Positions 15,401 to 23,625 of a stretch of 30,541 nt of DNA are shown here, piece by piece. Below the pieces are notes generated by a model, which was given only the letters and a program-made list of their open reading frames with translations, was not told where the DNA came from and made no database searches. The first letter of the stretch is position 1. Every line of letters starts with the position of its first letter. The translations under genes and the position numbers were made by a program. Source of the DNA: a virus (taxonomy: Duplodnaviria; Caudoviricetes); IMG/VR virus record IMGVR_UViG_3300031857_000937, positions 1 through 30,541 of that record; one strand, given 5' to 3'.

Positions 15401-16101
15401 TTCGCCTCTGTCGGCTCAAGGCCCCGCTCACGAAGTGCGTCGCCAATACGTCCGATGAATTCAGAGCCAACCTCCAGCGGAGCGCCGGCAGCAAACCCGC
15501 CACCAATAGCGCCCACACCAGCACCTATTGCTGCGCCGCCGGGGCCACCAGCAGAGCCAATCAATGCTCCGCCCTTGCCGCCAGCAATCATGCCTGCGAT
15601 CTGAGGAGCCATATTCGCCGCGCTTTGAGCCGCCAAGTACGCGGCACCCTTGGGGTTTGTAACGGCCTGCTTACCAAACTCAAGCAGCATGTCTGCTACT
15701 GGACCAATACTCTCTCTGAATCCTTTGGCCTTCTCAAAAGCAGCAGCCTCATCTTTAAATGCAGTCTGTGCCGCCACCAACTCAGCGGGACGCACGCCAT
15801 CAGGGCGACTTAACTCCTGAGATAAAAGCGCAGCCTTATCCGCGCCAACATTTCCGGTCACTACGGATGGGGCAATCTTGGCAGCGCCAATGGCACGCTC
15901 GCCACCCTCATAGATCAACGATCCGATGTTAGACAGGAAGCCCTTTTCTTCTTTGGCCTCGTCGGTCATCCACTGGTTGTTTACCAAGTAGGCTTTTTGC
16001 CCTTGGTTGTTTGTGGCAGTTTGCCCAACCGGCACCCACTGACCATCGACCAATGCAACTGTCTCGCCTGTCTGTGGGTTTGTCGCGGTTTGGATTGCCA
16101 T
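9403..16101 (-). CDS. Large polyvalent (ejected/internal virion) protein, 2232 aa: DdrB-like ParB domain, zincin HExxH motif, LPD38-like C-terminus
   Basis: QNRDRS...GAPVV...IAGNGRVAGLRAAY (about 14190-14700); TILHELIHAAT (about 13010-13045); NYDFFQGRPLI...SP.AADHMIRG..G near the C-terminus. Last gene of the virion operon. Confidence 0.8.
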   Translation of the reverse strand: MAIQTATNPQTGETVALVDGQWVPVGQTATNNQGQKAYLVNNQWMTDEAKEEKGFLSNIGSLIYEGGERAIGAAKIAPSVVTGNVGADKAALLSQELSRPDGVRPAELVAAQTAFKDEAAAFEKAKGFRESIGPVADMLLEFGKQAVTNPKGAAYLAAQSAANMAPQIAGMIAGGKGGALIGSAGGPGGAAIGAGVGAIGGGFAAGAPLEVGSEFIGRIGDALRERGLEPTEANVAALLRDTPAMEKAVSEARTKGITTASIDSLMTVGAGRFATGTRRAAIEAARKEMGATADAAKIAARADDLLKARTTGQKVQSAVGRGAGSLGIDVAGGGISEAAGQAAAYGKVNLEDVGQEMLGSLGGAAVEIPAAAYATATDALKKPAAEAPPAPVAPITPRPVARPIVTPEPPAPPAAPVVEPTPTPEEPLVSAAPAEPVAPVEPLAPAAQAPKASEWSNDYTENLPPEAGSFFQNRDRSAPASVGQMQSIAANPDYSRLSVNRDFGSGAPVVISDTPISDTQFGKVAYATASDGTRIPVRYAVVEGNDITPSNTSDGTKNPEYGDLSVSAIRPIAGNGRVAGLRAAYSQGTADNYKREMIEDTEHGIDAGVISGFQNPVLVRVMPKSKVTSNIADISNISGTLRLSPVESAKNDISRVDLGGLTFNDDGSPNTNTLIQFVRSMPKDEQGELIDAKGMPNTKAIDRLNNAIFYKAYGSDTLIELYAQAADPEAKAVLNALAKAAPKMAALDGAGDYDVRASVLDAAEMAVNARRSGQKLKDYVQQGMLGADPYALKVLEMFADNSRSSKRMAEALDRLATTAAEQANASDTDMFGNVPKMPKDDLYKALVLEPEAEPDMFTPPAAPVAAPAEPQAAAPAVAPAAPAKPKAAKPVEPKAPEPTEPTYDKTDKPEFTINKPMEEIAKEVNGMTIPQMAQWTVDNAPNEAARAIAQKVTERINEFAKRKIFPEKVKVLNGGARWKSGTRGMAQSFWAEGKGTLVKIRLNGLVDGKADGQTGTRYLTILHELIHAATSAQIYLAPNSKAINDLKVLYKKVDDRIKKDRAAGKSNYAITRIDRGANIMKNPAELMAWGLTDSEFQKFLADIKIADKTGFSKLIEIVRQVLGLSKDYESALDNLVRTSETIMGMSPSDVELDMKPSKVPLKGVKIKGGRIIVSPEGAGEAKVDEEEKEKPLFFLDSFFKEQSELDRKQGYANRFKNPVTLKDGSRLSGFTDPKTQTTFHGYDKNGERFTQRAEYVNPNDIVFSKDANKTANKVREALKDVYGTPDVEVVVSEERQGKPTPTEAGQENLNILDATGMQLQPPDPGRIQKIKDILKATGENPAMTKDSAKSAVKKFLDKMEVAAFSGDAAFNNDIRRNLQKDFADNPEVLGMLLEASQSQAVHADALATRFIVDGGIAFDPETKKWVSIKRDDNFITLAKEIEKTAEKYGLNKEQAEQISHTYFVAKRFKDLLKKQRTREAEIDRLKAELEEENANIKQYKKDGDFEKLRTSERAKNDIRADIAKLEKASVLITPEQIAMIEPGMSLAKNMPELENISDIWQGIRANAVKAMIDGNLWSREYAESMLDNAAYVPFYREEQLDEGGGPQEFIKGMQVKAAEFRLKGSNAAVNDVFDNMVRWTQYAINRSVRNHKALQMVDLGTELQVGDRKMAEKVEKMDPKKNTIRVFRDGVQEIYSMADPLYVDAFSAISNVTIPSLKFFTWFSNVLRQSVVLYPLFSLAQVPQDAYSAMFTSGLKTRYALRIPVLAVKEFLKTLTKTSATHKLLESYGATGVRDFNATIARNDIQIAAGLRGSKGVAGKGIEFLSHVAMAADNAIRQAVYEASMQQGLSKGEAIEKAFDIINFRRRGTSKLVNLAGQTVPFFYAYMSVQRTAYKVLTGVGISPQQRKEALMTLATTSGAVMALSLFYTMMNGGDDEYEKTPTAVRDRTLNVPGTGGFRIPLRPDLFLMPKVLTEHLYHLITDTGFSDGAKFRKSVADGIANAVLSPQPIPQAVKPALEVAINYDFFQGRPLIGQFEKKKEAERQFNDNTSEFSKMLGQFGVSPIAADHMIRGMFGSAGGLFLYTTNFMINNDPDVPRPELSFRDALSSLPGTSGFVTKASENALKTDFYALRDEVEKTKSTYNDIKLRSPQELEKFLSDEKNIARLGLAKGTEKIGEQLSKIRRAVSQITNAPEDLYSASEKKDAIKELREVEKEMLKSVNLPELRKQAQM

Positions 16102-16103
16102 AA

Positions 16104-18356
16104 TCAGTTCAACTTAAAGCCGGGTGGAGGTGGTGGTACTTTACCCGCTGTTGGCGGTGTTGTCGCGCCGGCACCCATTTTTGTCATGCCTGAAATTTGC
16201 TTGTTAATGTCTTCCATTCTCTTAAGGGCGGCATCTCTTGCTGACTTTGGGAGCATAGGATTACCAGCGGTTTCTTCTGCGTTCTTGAGAAGGGCTTTCA
16301 ATTCCGCAAGCTCCTGACGATCAGCGGCAACGCCAGCGCCTCCACCACCTCGGCCAACCAGTGCCTCCAAGTCTGTAGCCTGAGCCATCAGCTCGGCAGC
16401 AATCTTCGGATCGGTTGCCCTGCGAGCTTGCTGCTTCAAGGATGTGATCTTGTTGATGCGAGCCTGCTCGTTGAAGTTGCCCGTCTGACCGATGGTTGCA
16501 GTCCTAATCTGGGTTTCATTTCGTTCACGAGCTTCAGTAGCCCTTTGTTCGATTTCAAGCAATTTAAGCGTCTCTTGCTGGGCAAGCTTACGGGCCTCCA
16601 TCTCACTCGTGCCAACAGCTTTAGCGGCATCGTATTTTTCTTTGAAGATTCGGTCGTACTCTTTCTCGCCAACGCCGTAAAGCTCTTTGGCGTATGTACG
16701 AGAGGCATCAATCTTGCCTTGCTCTTGCTCAATAATCTTGGAGCCAAGGTCAAAGCGCTTCTGGGCACGCTGCTCTTCCAAGCCTCGCACGCCACGGGCG
16801 CCGGCAGCGCCAGCCTCAAACGATGACATGCCTCGAGGGGTGGCTGCGATCTGGCCAAGGTATTCCATGAGTTGGCCATACGAATCCTGCGGTCCAACCT
16901 GACGATCTCGCTCTGCCTGCAACTGTTTGATCATTGCGTCGCGCTGCGTGGTGTCTGGATCACCAATCCGAGACTTGTACATCATCTCTTTATTGGCAGC
17001 GGCGGCTTGCGGGTCGGCACGCATGCGCTCGACATCAAGGGCTTGGGCCTCAGCTTGCAATGCAGAAATTGGCGGTGTAACGCTTGCGGGTGGCGAGGCA
17101 ACGGGTGGCTGCTGTTGCACGGTAGGCGGTGCTGCCGGTACTGGGCGTGGCGCTTGTTGACGCTGCTGATCAGCTAAGGACCTCACGGCGGGCTTTGGCT
17201 CTGGCGTATATGGACGAGCGCCAGTGCGGCCTGCTTTAGAGTAGCCCGATTCTTCAGCCGGAGATGGCGGTCTTTCTTGAGGAGCGGCTTCTACGGAGGT
17301 CTTGTTTTTATCAAGACCAAGTAAGCCCACAATTCCAGCCAAAACCCCGCGAGCCGAGCCTGCGCTACCACTGAGGCCGCGAGATGCGCTTGCGCCGGGA
17401 AGTGCAAGAAGGGTGTTTTTGACTCTGCGCTCGGCTTCGGAGCTGTCTACGCGATCACCGCCTGTAACAGTACCATCTCCACCACTGGGAATTTGAGCAA
17501 TGCGGGCTTCTCGGGCGGCTTGCGCTTGACGCTCATCGGCGGTTGGCTCGCCACGGTTTTGGCGGTTCATCCGGTCGTAAGGTGTTTCGTATTTTGGACG
17601 GGATGCAGCCTTCTCGCGCTCACGATCCAGCATGGCGTTTTTACGCGCAGCACTTTCTTCGGAGGCATTCAGCATGGCGCGATTGTCCGGCTGGGGTCCA
17701 GTGGCTTCACGCATCGCACGAGTGTATAAATCACCAGACTCCAAGCCGGGAATGCTAGATAGGTCTGACTCGGTGATCTCCATGGGAGGTCGCTTAGGAG
17801 GTGGTGGATTACGGGCTTCTTCGCCAATAATTCGCATCAACAGCTCCCGCTCAAGGCGAGTTCGCTCCTCTTCAGAAATTCCAACTTCATCTTGAATGCG
17901 TGGAACGCGCTTACCCTCTTGGAACGCAACGATGCCGCCACCAGCCATCTCAAACTCTACTGGTAGCTCATCAATGCCTTGGGGCTGCGCTTGGGCAAAC
18001 TGCGTTCCTTCCGGGACCGGGCCGGGGCCAGCTTGTTTTGCCATGGCCTGCATGGCTTGTTGTTGCTGCTGAGCCTGAACCTGCTGAGCCTGCATCTTCT
18101 GACGAGCTTGCTCCTGCACAGACTCCATCACGGTGGGCGGCTTCCCTTGCGGACCTTGCATCTGGGCAAGCTGGCTCAAAGCCTGCTGCTTAGCCATGGC
18201 GTCTTTTTCGTTTGTGACGATGTTTAAAGCCATCAGCTTTTGCAAGTCTTGGGGCAGACCGGGCTTGGCTTGCTGCTCCTGTTGAATGCGCTGCTGGAGC
18301 GGTGCTGGGTTCCCACGGAACAATGAGGCGATGCCTTGTGCGCTAGGTTGACTCAT
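16104..18356 (-). CDS. Putative internal virion / DNA ejection protein (750 aa)
   Basis: Q/A/P-rich, helical, MAGGGIVAFQEG motif; lies in the podovirus-type ejection block. Confidence 0.65.
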   Translation of the reverse strand: MSQPSAQGIASLFRGNPAPLQQRIQQEQQAKPGLPQDLQKLMALNIVTNEKDAMAKQQALSQLAQMQGPQGKPPTVMESVQEQARQKMQAQQVQAQQQQQAMQAMAKQAGPGPVPEGTQFAQAQPQGIDELPVEFEMAGGGIVAFQEGKRVPRIQDEVGISEEERTRLERELLMRIIGEEARNPPPPKRPPMEITESDLSSIPGLESGDLYTRAMREATGPQPDNRAMLNASEESAARKNAMLDREREKAASRPKYETPYDRMNRQNRGEPTADERQAQAAREARIAQIPSGGDGTVTGGDRVDSSEAERRVKNTLLALPGASASRGLSGSAGSARGVLAGIVGLLGLDKNKTSVEAAPQERPPSPAEESGYSKAGRTGARPYTPEPKPAVRSLADQQRQQAPRPVPAAPPTVQQQPPVASPPASVTPPISALQAEAQALDVERMRADPQAAAANKEMMYKSRIGDPDTTQRDAMIKQLQAERDRQVGPQDSYGQLMEYLGQIAATPRGMSSFEAGAAGARGVRGLEEQRAQKRFDLGSKIIEQEQGKIDASRTYAKELYGVGEKEYDRIFKEKYDAAKAVGTSEMEARKLAQQETLKLLEIEQRATEARERNETQIRTATIGQTGNFNEQARINKITSLKQQARRATDPKIAAELMAQATDLEALVGRGGGGAGVAADRQELAELKALLKNAEETAGNPMLPKSARDAALKRMEDINKQISGMTKMGAGATTPPTAGKVPPPPPGFKLN

Positions 18357-18365
18357 GATCTGTCC

Positions 18366-21300
18366 TTACTGTTTTGGGGCGGCTGCTGTTTTGCCACTTA
18401 GGATATCCAAGAGCTGTTGGACTGTGGTTGCGCCTTGAGAAAACTGAGTCAAGTTGCTTGTACCCGGCATGCTGTACGACTGAGCAGACAGAGGCAGTCC
18501 CGAAAGCAACGACTGCTGGAACTGAACCATCTTGTATGGGTTTAGACGAGCCTCCTCGAACTGAGCTTTGTCGGCTGCGATGCCCTCTGACTCGATGCCG
18601 CGCTGTACACCACCCAAACCAGATATCGCAGTAAGACCCGCCAAATCGGCTTGCGACTGAAGAGACCCCAATTGGCCTTGGGTTTGTGCGCCCTGAAGGC
18701 CGGTCTGGAGACCTTGGAGGCCTGACGTTGTGGCAAACTGCTGCTCGTTAATTCGTCGGGCCTGATCGGCATTGAACTGCTGCTGCGCTTTGTCAAATGC
18801 AGTTGAGTAGCCCGATGTCAGCATCTGGTTCTGCTTGTCCATCAAATTGCGGCGACCTTCAGATTCCATGATGGCCTGACGGCTACCGCCGTATGCACCG
18901 GCCTGAGTCAATCGACCAGCGTCAGCCATACGCGAGATGTCAGCCTGTCTGCGGGCTTCTTCCATTGCGGGATTCAGCGCCGATTGCAAGTACGGGTTCA
19001 TGTACTGCTGAGCTTGCGTTGTTCCGAAGTCAGTACCCACTGAGGTGTACTGCCCTGCGCCGGGAGCCAGAGATGCAATACCGCCAGCCGTGGTAGCTGC
19101 CTGCCCGATAGATGCGGGAGTTTGCATGTTCCCAGCTTGTGTAAACGCTTGGTTTTGCAGTTGTGATGCGCCAGCAGTCAGTGGGCCGGTGTATGCCTCG
19201 TATGGCTTGTTCGCCAGAGCTGCGCCCTGACCGAGCATGTTGGTCACATAGTCACCAGCCCAGTTGGACAGGCTTGACTCAGCGCCCGTGGCACCTGTTG
19301 GAACTTTTGTAGTTCCACCAACCTCGTAACGCTGCACGGAGCCACCGGGCATGTACTTGTCAGGGTCAATCTCTTTGCCCTGCTCGGTGGAGCCGGTGCG
19401 GGCTTTGCGAATTTCGTCCATCATGGCATACAGCTTTCTGGCTCCCTTCTCAGGGCTCCCGTTACCCAGTTCCTTCACCTTCTCAGGCGAAACATAGGCT
19501 TCATCGTTGGCAACACGCGCTTCTTGCACGCCGTCAATCTTGGTTTTTATGGAGTCACTCATACCATCGCCTTCACCTTTGATTGGGGTGGCACCAATAC
19601 GCTCGGCCAGCAACTTCAGGCCAGCCTCAGAGCTTCCATTGCCAAAGTGACTTACCACATCAGCAGGGACAACGAAGCCATCACGCACCAGACCGCCTTT
19701 GGCGGCACCAGTAAAGTAATAGCTGTCGTATGGATCAAGGGGATTTGGTGCGGTATAAGTGGGCTCTGGAGCGGGGCCGGGACCAACAACTACTGGTTCC
19801 GGGGCAGGACCGGGACCAACAACAGGAGCAGGTCCGGGGCCGACGACTACGGGTTCTGGAGCGGGTCCGGGGCCTACGACAACCGGCTCTGGATTGGCTG
19901 GTGGAGCATATGCCCTTGCGGCATCAAGAGTTGACAAATTCACGCCAAAATCTTGCATGGCCGAGCTCAACGCTTGTTGCGATGGGTTGGTGGCCAAGAA
20001 CTTGTTGATGCTGTTGTAAACACTGTTTATGCCGCCAGCCGCTTGACCTTGCTGGGTTTTGGCCCAGTCGTTCACATCGGGAGGCAGAGCGGAAACAATC
20101 CCGCCGCCCACGGTGACGCCTGAAGCTGCGTCTTGAGCGGCCATGCGCTGCTGACGCTCACGTTCAGCTTTGTCGGCGGCATCTTGTTTTGCCCGCCAGT
20201 TGGGGTCTTGCCACGGTGCAATTTGCTCCATGGGTGCGCCTGCTATCCCGCCGTACATATTGGCGCGGTTTGCAGCGTTTGTGTTCTGCCCACGCGCTTG
20301 CGAAATAACACGGGGATCGGTATAGGGGTCAATACCCTGCTTCTTGTACATGTCGCCCAGCGTGCCCTGACCCATCGGGTTAGGCTGGGTCAGCATACGG
20401 TCGATGTATGCCTTGTCGTTGGCCGTAGGCTGATAGCTTGACATGCCACCAAACGAAGGGTCCGCACCGGCCTTCATGAGGATGTTTTGATAGCCCTGAA
20501 CATCACCGCCCATGGCTGTGGCAATGTCGTTGACGCTCACACCGTACTGTTTCATCAACTCCATCATTTTTTGCGGGTCTTGGCGGTTTTCCAAGAAACC
20601 TGCACGGATGGCCGTCAATTCCTTACCACTGTAGTCACGGGAGTACCCTTCAGCCTTAGTGCCGCCACTGGGCTGAAAGTCGGAATAACCACCGCCACCG
20701 ACCACCACTTGTGAAGAGTCAACGCCGGGTGTACCGGGAGGAGCGCCCACATTGGCGTATCGACGCGCAGAGGCCAGCTCGGCATCACTCACGCCATATT
20801 GTTTTTGCGCAGCGGCTAAAGCTTCTGGCGAAGGATTGGTCGCCAAAAACTTGCTTATGCTGTCGTATCGTTGGTAACCGTAATTTTTGGCCGCAGCCAA
20901 TTCTTGGTTGCTCACGCCGTATTGCTTTTGAGCCGCAACCAACGCCTCTGGCGAGGGGTTGGTTCGCAAGAACTCATTGATGCTGTTGTACCTTGCGTTC
21001 TGGTCAACTGTTGGTTTGGTTCCAGCCGTGCTTGCTCCGCCGCCAACTACAGTTCCGGTAGTAGCGCCGGAGTTTGCTTGGCCCTGATTTAGCAACGCCA
21101 TTAGTTCAGCCATGTCGCTTCCACCCAGACCAGAACCACCCTCATAGGTGGAGCCACGATTGAACGGGTTGTTGATGGCAGCCTGACGCAGCTCTTCCAA
21201 GGTCTTCTCGTTGGAGGAAACAACCTCGCCTTTTTCGTTGCGGTACGTTGTACCACCGCCGTAGTTAATGCCGCCCGAGCCGGGACGACGACCCACAGGA

Positions 21301-21857
21301 GGCGCAGTCAGCATGTTGCTTGTTGCGGTCAGCTTAGGAATCTTGCCTTGGTAGCCTGTGGGGGCTGGTCCAGCATTTGACTTGTTCGCGGCAGCAAACC
21401 CTCCTGCCAAGGAGAGCAATCTGGTCCAATCAGTTTTTCCATCTGTGCCTTTAAACAAGTCCAGCAATTTTTGGCCGCCCTGCTTAACAAGGCCCATCAA
21501 ACCACCGTCGTCGCCAGCAAAGTTGCCTTTACTGTCTACAAACCCGCCTTTTTTGGTGTCATACGTAAAGTCGGTTCCCTTGGAATCCTTGAATGTCAGG
21601 TTGCCAGAGTCGTCAAGTTTGTAAAAATTCCCTCGCTCGTCTTGCTGCCAAGTACCAGCACCGCCGCCCGTAGGGGTTGTAGTCGCAGGAGTTGTAGTCT
21701 TAGGGGCCGGGGGCGCAACATATTCTGGATTGATGTTGGGCTCTATAACGGGGGGAGGCACGACGACTTCCGTTACGGGGCTTACCGTCTCTGGATCATC
21801 AACCCATTCTGTAAGCGGTTCACCGTCGTCATCGTACCCAGTAATAACCCATGGCAT
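18366..21857 (-). CDS. Putative internal virion / DNA transfer protein with internal repeats (1163 aa)
   Basis: AKGGLV, FVVPADVVSHFGNGSSEAG, GEGDGMSDSI, YMNPY and GAYGGSRQ motifs typical of freshwater-phage ejection proteins. Confidence 0.7.
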   Translation of the reverse strand: MPWVITGYDDDGEPLTEWVDDPETVSPVTEVVVPPPVIEPNINPEYVAPPAPKTTTPATTTPTGGGAGTWQQDERGNFYKLDDSGNLTFKDSKGTDFTYDTKKGGFVDSKGNFAGDDGGLMGLVKQGGQKLLDLFKGTDGKTDWTRLLSLAGGFAAANKSNAGPAPTGYQGKIPKLTATSNMLTAPPVGRRPGSGGINYGGGTTYRNEKGEVVSSNEKTLEELRQAAINNPFNRGSTYEGGSGLGGSDMAELMALLNQGQANSGATTGTVVGGGASTAGTKPTVDQNARYNSINEFLRTNPSPEALVAAQKQYGVSNQELAAAKNYGYQRYDSISKFLATNPSPEALAAAQKQYGVSDAELASARRYANVGAPPGTPGVDSSQVVVGGGGYSDFQPSGGTKAEGYSRDYSGKELTAIRAGFLENRQDPQKMMELMKQYGVSVNDIATAMGGDVQGYQNILMKAGADPSFGGMSSYQPTANDKAYIDRMLTQPNPMGQGTLGDMYKKQGIDPYTDPRVISQARGQNTNAANRANMYGGIAGAPMEQIAPWQDPNWRAKQDAADKAERERQQRMAAQDAASGVTVGGGIVSALPPDVNDWAKTQQGQAAGGINSVYNSINKFLATNPSQQALSSAMQDFGVNLSTLDAARAYAPPANPEPVVVGPGPAPEPVVVGPGPAPVVGPGPAPEPVVVGPGPAPEPTYTAPNPLDPYDSYYFTGAAKGGLVRDGFVVPADVVSHFGNGSSEAGLKLLAERIGATPIKGEGDGMSDSIKTKIDGVQEARVANDEAYVSPEKVKELGNGSPEKGARKLYAMMDEIRKARTGSTEQGKEIDPDKYMPGGSVQRYEVGGTTKVPTGATGAESSLSNWAGDYVTNMLGQGAALANKPYEAYTGPLTAGASQLQNQAFTQAGNMQTPASIGQAATTAGGIASLAPGAGQYTSVGTDFGTTQAQQYMNPYLQSALNPAMEEARRQADISRMADAGRLTQAGAYGGSRQAIMESEGRRNLMDKQNQMLTSGYSTAFDKAQQQFNADQARRINEQQFATTSGLQGLQTGLQGAQTQGQLGSLQSQADLAGLTAISGLGGVQRGIESEGIAADKAQFEEARLNPYKMVQFQQSLLSGLPLSAQSYSMPGTSNLTQFSQGATTVQQLLDILSGKTAAAPKQ
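19761..19893 (-). repeat. Tandem coding repeat PEPVVVGPGPA (about 4 copies)
   Basis: Seen in the translation; DNA copies differ at synonymous positions. Confidence 0.85.
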
Positions 21858-21858
21858 A

Positions 21859-23367
21859 TCAGCTCCTTAAAAGCCGCGCAAGTTCGCGGGCTTGTGTAGC
21901 GGTATCACCTGCCGGAGGCGCAGACAAGGTGGTTCCAAAAATATTCTCCATCAATTGTACGTCCGCAGAGTTATCCTGACCAGACGACACAACCGTTGGG
22001 GCTTGTTGCTGCCCACCGCCAAGAAGCGACATCAGAGCGTTTACATCCACACCCGAGCTGGGTGTTTGCTGTTTGGGTGGCGTTCCGGGCGCTCCCGGCT
22101 TTGGTTGCGCGCCCGGAGTTTTAGGACCCCCTGCGCCAGCATTGTTCATGACCTGTTGGCCCGTCAGCGGTGTTTTGCTGTTCTGCATGTAGCTGGTGTC
22201 AATCTCCGTACCATCAGGCATTGTCCAGTTTCCTGTGTCGGGGTTGTACTTGTAGTCCTTCATGGAATCAAGGTTTGTTCCAGAGGTCTCGTTGGTCAAA
22301 TCCCCAAATTTCAAGGCACCGTTTTCGTCGGGGATAAAGTTGCCCGTTATCTCATCGAAGTACCCCGGGGTGTCTGCCGCATAAGTGGGTGGGGCAACGT
22401 ACCCCTCTCCTCCGGGGGCGAAGTAGCCCTCAATGAAATCTTTAGAGTTGGGGCCATCACCCCCTCCGTCTTTAGACAAGTACCCAGCACCAGCTTTGAC
22501 GATAGCCATGGGGTTTTCGCTTTGAAGCGCCGTAACCATGCCCACTGCTTGATTAATGTCTTTCATATCAAAACCGGCAACCTCCGACACTCCGGCCAAG
22601 TCGGCTCCACCGAGCGCAGCACCTAACAAATTTTTATCTTCCAGCGCCTTGAGTACTGAAGCTGCCTTTTGCACGGTTTGCAGGGTTGCTGCCGTGCTTG
22701 CTGATGCGCCAAGCTGTCCAGACAGAGGAATTGCTGCGGCCAAGCCAGACATCAAAGCCTTCTCCCAATCACCCTTGGAGGCTGCATAGGCTGCGTTGGC
22801 GGCGGCAATATAAGGGCCAACACCGGGAATAAATGAACCTATAAAAGATGCGGCGGGCCTTGCAAAATCATCCCGAAACTCAACCCAATCACTCCGCTGG
22901 TTTGTGGAATAGGGTATTGGTGTTCCGTCCGGGGCAAACTGCAAGCGGTATTCGTTTTTAAACCCATGGTTGGGCATGGTGACAGTTGCACCTGTGGGCT
23001 TGTGGTAAAGCTCGTTTTCAAGCGCCGTATATGTGCCGCCGCCCTCGCCTTCATACCCAACAACCTCCTTTTGACGCTGCCCAAGGTCGTACAGTGAATC
23101 CGTCCCGGTCTCTGCCAGTCGGAAGGCGGTATCCCAAACTGTGTCAGCCTCGCCAATCTTGCCAGCAGAGGTTGGCACCTTATATTTCTTTTTCTGGTCT
23201 TCCAACTCTTGGTGGATGGCAATTACCCGGTCAGCAAACGAGTTGCCTTTCTCGGACTTGCCGCCTTCAAGACCGCCATATGTTTTGCGGATGAAATCGG
23301 CAGTTATATCTCCTGACTGAGCTTGATTGGCATATTGGGAATATGCCTCGTCCCATGGGTTTGCCAT
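21859..23367 (-). CDS. Putative virion/ejection protein (502 aa)
   Basis: Long ORF tightly packed in the virion operon; Gly/Ala-rich amphipathic central region. Confidence 0.65.
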   Translation of the reverse strand: MANPWDEAYSQYANQAQSGDITADFIRKTYGGLEGGKSEKGNSFADRVIAIHQELEDQKKKYKVPTSAGKIGEADTVWDTAFRLAETGTDSLYDLGQRQKEVVGYEGEGGGTYTALENELYHKPTGATVTMPNHGFKNEYRLQFAPDGTPIPYSTNQRSDWVEFRDDFARPAASFIGSFIPGVGPYIAAANAAYAASKGDWEKALMSGLAAAIPLSGQLGASASTAATLQTVQKAASVLKALEDKNLLGAALGGADLAGVSEVAGFDMKDINQAVGMVTALQSENPMAIVKAGAGYLSKDGGGDGPNSKDFIEGYFAPGGEGYVAPPTYAADTPGYFDEITGNFIPDENGALKFGDLTNETSGTNLDSMKDYKYNPDTGNWTMPDGTEIDTSYMQNSKTPLTGQQVMNNAGAGGPKTPGAQPKPGAPGTPPKQQTPSSGVDVNALMSLLGGGQQQAPTVVSSGQDNSADVQLMENIFGTTLSAPPAGDTATQARELARLLRS

Positions 23368-23368
23368 A

Positions 23369-23623
23369 TCAGACCTTCACTTTCAATACGTTGGACGCCG
23401 TGCTGTCCCGATAAATATCACCCACGCGCAGGTTGGCCAAGTCCGCTTGAGTCGGCAGGGTGTCAATGTCAATGTTTAAACTGGCAATGTTAATTGGCTG
23501 CACAGCGTTTATCTGCTTGAAGAACAAGTTGAAGATGTTCTGCATCTGGTCCATGAATGCCATGGTGTACTGCTGTGGCGCAGCGGTTGGGCGGGGCGGG
23601 GTTACGCGGCTAAACATTCCCAT
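23369..23623 (-). CDS. Small conserved virion-operon protein (84 aa)
   Basis: GAGG Shine-Dalgarno; P..P.QY.....Q...IF.LFF and L.VGDIYRD motifs; usual position after the stabilisation gene. Confidence 0.7.
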   Translation of the reverse strand: MGMFSRVTPPRPTAAPQQYTMAFMDQMQNIFNLFFKQINAVQPINIASLNIDIDTLPTQADLANLRVGDIYRDSTASNVLKVKV

Positions 23624-23625
23624 GG

